Shown here piece by piece: positions 24,642 to 35,366 of a DNA stretch of 64,000 nt. The position numbers were made by a program, and so were the translations under genes. The stretch comes from Asterias rubens (lineage: Eukaryota). How positions within the stretch are numbered: the first letter of the stretch is position 1; every line of letters starts with the position of its first letter. Location: the NCBI RefSeq assembly GCF_902459465.1, contig NC_047075.1, positions 3,038,001 through 3,102,000 on the forward strand, written 5' to 3'. The notes beneath the pieces were generated by a model. That model searched no databases and had not been told where the DNA came from. It saw only the letters and a list, made by a program, of their open reading frames with translations.

Positions 24642-27600
24642 TTATTCTACATAGTCGACTATCTGGGTCATCTCTGGCGGAACAACGATGATTCCTGGAA
24701 AAAGAAAAAAACACACAAACCAATCAATAAATTAATTTGCTTTTTGTTAAATGATGTATTCATAAATTCATACGTCATAGCTAATGACCCTTGACCTGTT
24801 AAGTTTATGAAAATACATGTCCCAACATGGTGACGTCCAATTAAAGCCATTATTCGGAACAGACATTTTTTTTTTTTAATTCACACAGATTTACAAATAA
24901 CTTACAGGGTTTACAGAAGGTAATGGTGAAAGACTTCTCTTGAAATATTATTCCATGAAATGCTTTACTTTTTGAGAAAACATTAAAACAATATCAATTC
25001 TAGATATCGAGAATTACGGATTTTTTTTTTTAAACACATGTGTCATGACACGGCGAAACGTGCGAAACAAAATGTGGGTTTTCCCGTTATTTTCTCCCGC
25101 CTCCGATGACTGGTTGAGCCTAATTTTTCACAGGTTTGTTACTTATATTATACGTTGTGAAAGACGAAGTGTGGGCTTTGGTCAATACTGTTTACCGAAA
25201 GTGTCCAATGGCTTTAGGTGTTTTTTTTTCTTCAATTCAATTAGGTGTATTATTTAGGTGTATTATCTCAAACAATAGGCCTAAACGACAGAAGTTAACA
25301 AGACTTAAATTGACGTGTTTACACTGTTAACAAGTTCAACGTGTGTATTTGTCTTTGTCCAGACATGTTTCATCAAACGGAGTAAAAGTCAAACCAATTA
25401 TTACTAAAGTTTTCTCGTTTATTCTGATCAAAACTATTTTGGTATGGACAAAATATCTTTGTTAAAAACAACAACTTAGATAAGTTCAATTACCAAATGG
25501 GATTCGTTTGTTTTGCTATGTACTATCCAACTAGATGCCACGCTTTTCATAAAATTTCCTGTTTTTGTCATTTGCCAATTAATTCTCTTTTCGTATCGTT
25601 CTAAATGTAGTTGGTTTTACCAGTAGTTTGCTTTGTACATTAAAAGTAACTTGAGAAAAAATTTCTCCTCCAATGGAAAAAAAAAATTGGGAAAAATAAA
25701 TAAATAAAATGTTATGTTACTACAGTTTTCGGGGCACACTGCGCAAAATGACAATCCTACTGCACTATTTATACTGTAGAGCTGCAAGCAGAAAATCATT
25801 CCGGCAGTGGACACGTTTGGTAATTATTGTCAAAGACCAAGGGGCCAAATCACAAAGCAATACAACTCATCATAAGACCAAATTGTCAGTATCGCCATAG
25901 CAATTTGTATTGTGACATCACACTTTACTTAGCAACTAAGATTGATTTGCAGTTACAATCGATCTTAGATCGGCCCCTGGACACATTAGGTGCATGTGTA
26001 ATAGTCAAAGACCAATCTTCTCACTTGGTGTATCTCAACGTATGCATAAAATAACAAATCTGTGCAAATTTGGGCTCAATTTGGTTGTCGAAGTTGCAAG
26101 AGACTAATGAATGGAAAAAACACCCTTCTTGTACAAATTGTTGTGTGCTTTCAGATGCCTAAAAAGGGCTCCAGTTTTTTTTAGTGAGAAATGACCTCTT
26201 TCCCAAAGACTGCGTTTTGAGTTCGATTTTTGTTTGTTTGGTTTCGTATTTCCAAATATCACAAATTAATAATCATAATAACAAACAAGCATTAGGTTAC
26301 TTCAGATGGAGCTGTTCCTCACAATGTTTTGTACTAGCAATGGGTGCGTTCGTTTAGCTTCCCTGGGTCAACCCCGCGGTGCTCACTCGGGTGAGCCCCT
26401 GACAAGAGCTAATCGAACGATCACTCGCCCTCTCGTGGTGACGTCATGCACCTGTAGCCAGCCCCCAAGTGACCCACTCCACAAGCAGGGCACTGTGGGC
26501 TGACCCGGGTGAGCCCATGGAAGGCTGTCAAAGCTATTTGAACGCATCGGGGCAGACCGGGAATGACCCAGGGAAGCTAAACGAACGCACCCAATGTGCG
26601 CTCTCAATTGCTCGTTACTAAGTAATTGTGTATGCTAACAATAATTTCACATGGCGTTCTTGTTTAGGAGATTCCCAGTTAAATTCGACGTATATTTGTA
26701 TATGTATAAAGCCAACTTGCGGATAAGGACAGTGGACCAGTTTAACATTAAGTAGGATTTGAAACTTTGCATGGTGGAAATACGAAATGGAAAGGTTTGC
26801 GGAAAAGCTTTCTCCAGAAGAGGAACAGAGCATAGGCCTATATACTGATCGAAACGTCGAGTTGAAACCAACGGTTCTCAGTGAACGATTTCCCTTGTAT
26901 AGCAGTTGCTATTAAAAAAAAGATGCACTTTGGCACTTGCTACTCTATGACCATTCAGTACCTACAAATTTGTTCACAGTCAAAATATTTTGCTATGCAA
27001 AATTAAAATGCTGGATGAAATCGTTCCCTGGTTCTTTTCAGAACCACCCAAACTCCTTTGAAATAGAGGTAGTCATTTCATGGTGTTACCGCAAACCTTT
27101 CTATACAGTCTATCATTTACACACCTAAAGGTTGTCCGGGTACGTGCTCGCCGCTGGGGTCAACTTGTTGACTTCCCGCTTCACCAAGGGGGCCGCCATC
27201 TTGCCATTCCCCTTCATACTCATGTCCGCCATCTTGCCACTCCCCGTTCATGATGTTTTCAATAATAGTCACGCTTGATCCAGACGAACTATAATCAGAT
27301 GATTGAATGACGACGTCATCATGATTCCACACTGAGAAATCACTCTGTCAGATCAAACGAAAAAAATATAAATTAATAATCACAGAATCACACTTTTTAT
27401 ACACTGAAGAATAAGTAGCCGACATCTTGGATTGAATTTCATAAGCTTCAAAGGACCTCTCAAAAATGGGAGACTTTGGAACGCTAGGTGGCAGCAGACT
27501 TACCAGGTAAATTTCCATTGTTTACGTAGTTCTGAGCATGCGCACTTTACCGAGAACGATGGATTTTACCTGGTAAGTCTGCTGCCACCAAGCGTCCCAA

Positions 27601-30600
27601 AAGTCTCTCATTGGAAGGCTATTTCCTGCGCAACCTAAATGTCATACCCTTCACAAGGTGAGCTCACCCAAGCATGAATTATTTACAGACTTCTTGGTGT
27701 CATATGAAAGTCGAGTCCATAAGGTATCCATACATCTAAAACTTCCCCCCAGAATCCTATACTTTTTATTCGGAGCAGCCATTTCAAAAGTGTATTTTTT
27801 GACACACCCTGTAGTGTCCAGTGCGCGTGCTTGTGTATATTACTCTAGTCTTGGTGCAAGACCTTTCTCGTTTCCCTTTCACGCACACCGGTGAGTCGGT
27901 GCGGGCGCTGTCGGTGAATTGGCGCGGCTGCGGTGTGCGTGAAAGGGAAACGAGAAACCTCTTGCACCAAGACTAGTATTACTCACGTCATAAACGATGT
28001 CGTCAGAAAAATCGAGGTAGTAAGGTTCGCACGGTCCCCAGTACGTGAGACATGAATCACGGCGGACGTAGAGGGCCAGCAGGACACAAGCGATCGTCAT
28101 GGCCAACAGGAAACACGTCACAGATATGCAAATGATGACACGCCTCGTGCAACATGACTTTTTTGCCGTTGGTGGCGCTGTCGACTGCGGAGATATAAAG
28201 ATAAAGGGTATGATACCTTTAAAATCAATTTTATTTTAGCCATGATATGAATTCCTACTCACGAAGATGCATGAAAAATAAGCTTGTAGAAGTTTCATCT
28301 TCATTAGTCGTCAAGATTTTAAGGAAAAGAAAGGTGAAAATCACAGCGAAATTGTTTACAGGAGTCGCATAAATCCGTTGTACATGCTGAAATATAAATT
28401 TTCGTTTCACACGTAAAACTTTTGTGAAATTGTACATTTCTCAAAAACTGCAACACCTCAGCAAGTAATATTTTAAGGTAAGCTGTTTACTATCATGATC
28501 TTCAAATGGTGTAAGTTTAATGTAAATCTGGGGACATTGTGTGTTGTGTTACGAAAAGTAGGCCAACCCAAATCATTTAAAGGTAAAAATATACGGTTTA
28601 CTTGTTAAACTAATGCTGATAACGTAGAGAATAATCGGATACAAACATTAGGCAGACCAACTGTCGATAAAAACTCTTCAAAACCCGAAATTTCTTCATT
28701 GTCTTCTTTAACAAAAGTTGTCTTTGACATTTACCTAAAGTATACCATGCCGTTGAATATCTATTTGTCTGAATAACCCCCATTTCACACGACAGTGAAT
28801 TTAGAAACCACTGAGTCAACCGACTACCTTTTAGCTTTCAAGGGAGGAAAGAAAGTCAGGTTGACTCAGCGGTTTCTGTCCCTGCCTTTCACCTCCGGGA
28901 CCTTAAACTTGACCAAGTCCCAATCCCGTAAGAGTCCTTTTATTTCCAGTCACATTGCCTAACGTCGGGAAACTTGGCCGGTGTGGCAGGAGATTCGGTG
29001 TCCCCCCCCCTGTCCACTCCCATGGCGAACTATGTACAAACTTCTTCTGATAGCGCCCTCTTTTAACCCACGTTAATTTCCCATTATGGGGGACCGAATC
29101 TCCGGTGTCGCATGCAATTATGTCCTCTAGGAATGCTATCCGGAGGACATTATTGCATATGCAATAATGCAATAATGTCTGCCGGACGGTTTTGCATACG
29201 CAATCGTGTCCGCCCGGACGCTGGTGCATAATGCAATTGTGTCCGCCCCCGTGCAAAACCGTCCTTGCACTAAATTATTAAACGCCCTTGGTCGACGGAA
29301 CACACTCGCCTTTTTTTTTTACAAGCGCATGTCATGAATGACATGGGAAATGTTCGGCCGTCGTGTATTCGCTGCAATCATAAAATACGTGAATATTCAT
29401 GCTGCATACACGTAGGTTCAGTTCATGCACTCTCTCTTACGCGCGCACATGGGGGGGGGGGGTGATACAGCCATGCACATGTCCGCCGGACGGTTTTTGC
29501 TTAGTCCCGGACACGATTGCATGTGCAAAAGTGTCCGGAGCGGACAGTATTGCATGGCGGACACAAATGCATCTGACACCGGCATGCCGCAGGTTCTCAG
29601 GACCACTTTAGGCTAGCTACATTTGTGTTGTTGCTATTTGGCGCCGATACCCCCACACGAGAATGGGACTTGAATCAAGTCTGTGTGGACGACCGAAGCC
29701 CTTGCCGGATTTGGTTTGTTTTCAGGTACCGACTGCGTGGGTTCGTTCCCCTATTATTGGGTATTTCCTGTGTGACACAAATTGTGCTTATATGCTCTAT
29801 GAATACGCAACACTTTGTCTTGCAAATGGAGTGAAAATCTACCTTTTCTTCTTGAGACTGTCGACTCTTTATTTAAAGAAGGTTTAATGAAATGAAATTA
29901 AATTTCCTTTACGGCATGGGGACAGAGAAATTACAATTCCCGTAAAGCATGGTGAAAGAAAAGTGAGCTCCTGAAAATTCGGCCAAATCTTGCACTGAAA
30001 TTTCAGGGTTTCACAGCAAAGATAAAAAACTAATACCTAAATTAAGTCTAGAATATTTGTGAACACCATGCAGGAACATTTTCCAGGGCTAAATACTAAA
30101 TTAGAAACATCCATGGGCTTAGTCATATGTTTTGTATAGTTGCACCCCTCTGTGACGTCACTCACATACAGTCTAATACTGTCTTAGTTAAATACCGTAC
30201 CTATACTATCTCACTGTTCTTGTTAAAGGGAAGGTACACCTTTGGTAATTACTCAAAATCAATATTAACTTAAAAACTTACAAGGGTGTTTTCTCGCAAC
30301 TTCGATGTCCAATTTAGCTCAAATTTCCACAGGCTTGTTATTTTATGCTTATGTTGGGATACACCAAGTGGGAAGACTGGTCATTGACAATTACCAAATG
30401 TGTACCTTTCCTTTAATGTTTATTAAATAGTCCAGTTTGTGTTGTTTTTCTAGGCATACCTGACACAAGCTGTGGCTTAAAAGTTGTAGCTTTTCTGGTT
30501 ATATCCCCATTTCAAAGTCTCTATTAGTCTTTACCGATTTTTTTTAAACATATTTTAGTATCCAAACAGTGTAGGCGCATATAATTATAAAACAATGTTA

Positions 30601-30764
30601 TTTTTGTTTTGATTCCTCTTGGAATAGAAATAAATGTCTAAGAAATGAAATGAAATACTGAGAAAAGATGAACTCACCTGCAAGACGACAACTGTGCTAT
30701 CAGCGGGTGGAGGCAGTTTCAACGCCTTCTCTTTCGGATTATCTGTCACCCCTAATTGAACCAT
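24642..30764 (-). CDS. Paralog C, about 185 aa type II membrane protein. Exons 30764-30678, 28184-27987, 27344-27125, 24694-24642.
   Basis: MVQLGVTDNPKEKALKLPPPADSTVVVLQ | STAPPTAKKSCCTRRVIICISVTCFLLAMTIACVLLALYVRRDSCLTYWGPCEPYYLDFSDDIVYD | SDFSVWNHDD...GEWQDGGHEYEGEWQDGG...GQPL G| IIVVPPEMTQIVDYVE*. Clear similarity to paralog A in exons 1-2. The exon 3 donor (gtgtgt) is weak, so the frame may instead end at TAA 27117. Confidence 0.8.
26342..26592. mobile_element. MITE gggtgcgttcgtttagcttccctggg...cccagggaagctaaacgaacgcaccc (also about 36250-36490, 59395-59645)
   Basis: 26-bp TIRs, three copies in the window. Confidence 0.8.
27845..27976. mobile_element. 132-bp MITE with 7-bp TSD (tattact)
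   Basis: TIR ctagtcttggtgcaaga..tcttgcaccaagactag extended by ttctcgtttccctttcacgcacaccg / cggtgtgcgtgaaagggaaacgagaa. tattact occurs at 27838-27844 and 27977-27983. Confidence 0.8.
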
Positions 30765-32103
30765 TTTCTCCCCCTAAATTTCTGTCTCTCTGCCGACGAT
30801 ATTACCGGACAAAATTACAAATTGAACTCAAAATCTAACTCGATCAGCCTGGTTGCAATCGTAGTCAAGAAACGCAGCATGCAAAGGCTTTGATAAGTAG
30901 CCCAGATGTAGATGTAAACAGACAACACTGATGTTTTATACTGGTTGCAATCGACAGGCCTGTGTCAAGGCTATGGTGATGTGCGCATTAATGAGGAGTG
31001 TGTGTTATCATTGAGATTCGACAGGAAGAAAAAATGTACGGACAGTACGACGTTAGCCTTTTGTCAAGGCTGTGTTTGCTAGGACAGCTTCACAGCGCTG
31101 CTATGATATATCCTATGAAGCGGCTCTACGGAGTTGTAGAACCCACGAAACCCTTGACACAAGGCTACGACGTCGACCGTGCCAGGTACGATCATATCAT
31201 ACACGGATGAGGGGTCGCGGGGTTGAGGAATATTAGACTCGCAAAGGAGTCGCTTCACATCACAGTTCCCCTCCGCTTCTAATTCTATTATATCAAGCGT
31301 TTTATATGCCTATAGATATTTCTTGCAAAGTCGAAAGCCCGAGTTTTTGCCAGCTGATGTTAAAAAACTATAGAAAGCCATCCCATATATGGAATTATAT
31401 GCAAAAAAAAGCAATGTATATTGTGAAGTAGGATTTGAACCTTTGCATGGTGGAAATACGACATGGAAAGGTTTGCGGTAACACTAATGACTATCTGTAA
31501 CTGGGGTTGTTCTAGAAAAGAACCGTTGGTTTCAACTCGACGTTTCGGTCAGTATGCTCTGATCGTCTTCTGGAGAAAGCTGATCTACTGTTTCTCACAA
31601 TGTCCAACATAAAGTTGAATTTGTTGGAAATAAAGCAAACAATCATGTGAGGTATTATAATTAATTGAAAGTTTGTAGATAATGTTTAATTTTGTTAAAA
31701 ACATCTGTGAACACCATTGAGTATTTTACTAAAATAAGAACCTATAGTATTTATCATAACCAGCGCGGTTTGTTTATCAACAATAGAAAGATCTAAGGCC
31801 AGGTATTCAAATTAATACCAAATAAATAAACAAAGTAGATTCGCACGAACTTCTGCAGAAGTTGCGTGCAGATTCGGAACAAACAAAAGTGAATTGTTCA
31901 AAGTGGACAAGGTCGATCTTTTCGACGAAAATAAAACAACAATATGGGCGTCATAACACACCTGTTATTCGTATCGAATACATGTTGGTAAACCATGGAG
32001 GTGTATAGAACTATTAAACTTATCAAAACACAGGCATCGATTATGCAAACAACACAGACCTAATTAATCCCTTTATTGCGAAAAACATACTTTTTAATTG
32101 TAG

Positions 32104-32721
32104 CAACCCTCTAGTTTTCAAGAATTATCATAAAGGGATGGCTCATCATTGGTGTCTGGAAGAGTAGATTCATTCCAATCCTCTAGTTTTCAAGAAACAT
32201 ACCATGAAGGGATGGTATATCATTGGTTTTTGGAAGAATACATTCATTCCAATCCTCTAGTTTTCAAGAAACATATCATAAAGGGATGGTACATCATTGG
32301 TTTTTGGAAGAGTACATTCATTCCAATCCTCTAGTTTTCAAGAAACATATCATAAAGGGATGGTTCATCATTGGTTATTGGAAGAGTACATTCGTTCCAA
32401 TCCTCTAGTTTTCAAGAAACATATCATAAAGGGATGGTACATTATTGGTTATTGGAAGAGTAGATTCATTCCAATCCTCTAGTTTTCAAGAAACATATCA
32501 TAAAGGGATGGTACATCATTGGTTAGTGGAAGAGTACATGCATTCCAATCCTTTAGTTTACAAGAAACATATCATAAAGGGATGGTACATCATTGGTTAG
32601 TGGAAGAGTACAGTCATTCCAATCCTTTAGTTTACAAGAAAAATATCATAAAGGGATGGTATATCATTGGTGTTTGGAAGAGTGCATTCATTCCAATCAT
32701 CTAGTTTTTAAGAAACATACC
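32104..32721. repeat. 74-bp tandem minisatellite, about 8 units
   Basis: Unit ccaatcctctagttttcaagaaacatatcataaagggatggtacatcattgg..ggaagagtacattcatt. Near-identical ORFs start at 32149, 32223 and 32297. Confidence 0.95.
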
Positions 32722-33697
32722 AAACAAAGATGACATCTTTCAAACCCAAAATGCATGGGTTTCGCTGTACATCTTTAAAGGCAGTGGGCACTATTGGTAA
32801 TTACTCAAAATAATTATCATCATAAAACCTTTCTTGATTACGAGTAATGGGGAGAGGTTGATAGTATAAAACATTGTGAGAAACAGCTCCCTCTGAAGTG
32901 ACGTAGTTTTCGAGAGAGAAGTAATTCTCTGCGAATTTGATTTCGAGATCTCAAGTTCAGAACTTGAGGTCTCGAAATCAAGCATCAGAAAGCACACAAC
33001 TTCGTGTGACAAGGGTGAAATGGCCACAAAAGAGTCATTTTTCATGGAACCCTAGAAATCACGACATCATAATATAGAGCCATAAATAGTTGCACGAGAC
33101 CATGACATCATCACCCCAAAATAGATGACGCATCCTGGATTACTTTGGACACGCTTGGCTGGACGCCGTACTGGGTCGCATCACCCACAATGACGTCACC
33201 GCAAAATCGACGTGTATTTCGTGTATGTAAAGTAATGTTGTTCTGGTTTTTGCAGCGTCATTGCACTATTGTTCGGTGAACAACTACAACAAAAGTTGTT
33301 TTGATCGGGTTTTGTTTAGGGGATATAAAGTTCCAGATAGAAACGTGATAGTAACTAGATAGTAAACACTACCGCTCGACCGGGAATAAAGTATGTGTGT
33401 TTTGCTAAAAAGGATTGTTTACGTTTTGTAAATGGAACCCACTGTTTGTATAAATCTGATATAATTGTACTTACCATAAAACCATGGATGGATCGGGTAT
33501 AAAAACTAACCTATACAAATTTCATTTCAAAAGGTTGGTAGCGTTTTTGAGAAGAATAATCTGCATTTGGAATACAATTTGAGAAACATTGCGAGCCTAC
33601 TGTCAGTAACGCTTCTCGTATTCAAATTTTGGGGCATATTCTTTGATACATTTTTACGTGACCGCGTTACCGTTTTGAAGTGATTCTCAAAATGTGT

Positions 33698-34042
33698 TTA
33701 AAGACAGTGGATACTATTGGTAAATGTCAAAGACCAGTCTCCTCACTTGGTGTATCTCAACATATGCATAAAATAACAAACCTGTGAAAATTTGAGCTCA
33801 ATCGGTCGAAGACGTTGCGAGATAATAATGAAAGAAAATACCCTTGTCACACGAAGTTGGGTGCTTTCTGATGCTTGATTTCGAGTTGAAAATTACTTCT
33901 TTCTCGAAAACTAAGTCACTTAAGAGGGAGCCGTTTCTGACAATGTGTTCTACTATCAACCTCTCCCTATTACTCGTAATCAAGAAAGGTTTTATGATGA
34001 TAATTATTTTGAGTAATTACCAATAGTGTCCACTGCCTTTAA
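33698..34042 (+). mobile_element. Kolobok-like MITE family 1 copy
   Basis: Both TIRs and TTAA present. Confidence 0.85.
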
Positions 34043-35366
34043 CTATAAAAAGCTGATGTAGGCTTCTATCCAAAACTTTGCATTGTCTAAAAAATGTGAT
34101 TATTAAACGTATAACAATTCCCTTTAAGCACATTTTTAAATAATCTGTATTTTCTTCTCGGAAAGATTCAGTGGGCGTGTAGCTAAATATAAACCTTTAA
34201 TAGGAGACTTTCCAACGCTAGGCGGCAGCAGACATACGTAGTTCTGAACATGCGCATAATTCTGAGAACAATGGATTTACCCGGTAAGTCTGCTGCCCTC
34301 TATCGTCCCAGAAAGTCTCCCATTCCCTTTGCACCCTTGCAAGTGCAACGTCACAGCCCGAGTTGTTGCTAACCCAGGTTGGAAAACTATGGGAAGCCAT
34401 ACAGGCAAAATCAGAAACAGGTCGCTACTGTTTGTAACAATGTCACACACAAATATTCAAACATTGTGTTGATAACAGGCAGATGAGAAAAAAATGCGAA
34501 AATGAAATTTATGATTAAGTGATCTGTGAAGCTTTGGATGATGATACTTCAATTCAATGGGAGACTTTCTGGGACGATAGAGGGCAGCAGACTTACCGGG
34601 TAAATCCATTGTTCTCAGAATTATGCGCATGTTCAGAACTACGTAAACAATGGAAATTTACCCGGTATGTCTGCTGCCGCCTAGCGTTGGAAAGTCTCCT
34701 ATTACATTAAAATACTTGTTGTCAAAACGGACAACACTGTTCAAAAAAGGGAAACGTCAAAAGTCACACCACGGTTGGTAAATTTGTTCATTTATTTCAA
34801 AACGGGTGTTGGTTCAGAAAAATTAAAAGAGAAATAAAAGACCATTACATTATCTATAACACTGCTTATAAACGAATGGAAACGGTTTAAAGGAAAGGTA
34901 CAAATAACAAATCGTTCTATCAGAATGTTCACAGGCAGACGTAGGTTATAAATATAGCTTTAAATTATTTTGCTTGCAAAAAATAGTTAATGGTCTGACG
35001 TTTCGACCCTAGCAGAGTCTTTCTAAAAAACTTAGCAACAGCTAATTCTACTTTCTCAATTAATTTGATCGTAACTTTGGCACTCGCAACTTCTCACTAT
35101 TTGCATAATTAAAAAAATGTTAAACAAAACATTAGTGAATCAGAAAGAAATTATGAAATTTTGTAAGAAATGCTGATTTTCCGTAAAGAATATTGGTGTT
35201 TATGACATATTGGAATAACGTATAATTGCAGTATTATAACGCAATCTACACATAAATGAAAATAACAACATCAGTCATGCCTCCATGATTTGAAAGTTTC
35301 AACAGAGGGCTCTCTTGATGTAAATAACACAGCCAGCGTCGTCGTTTTGGGTTGAATCTCTTTTTT

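Noticed and set aside
32149-32704. Repeated 61-aa ORFs, or a CRISPR-like array
   Set aside because: Pure head-to-tail 74-bp satellite with no unique spacers, in a eukaryotic context with no cas genes. The same applies to the 91-bp array.
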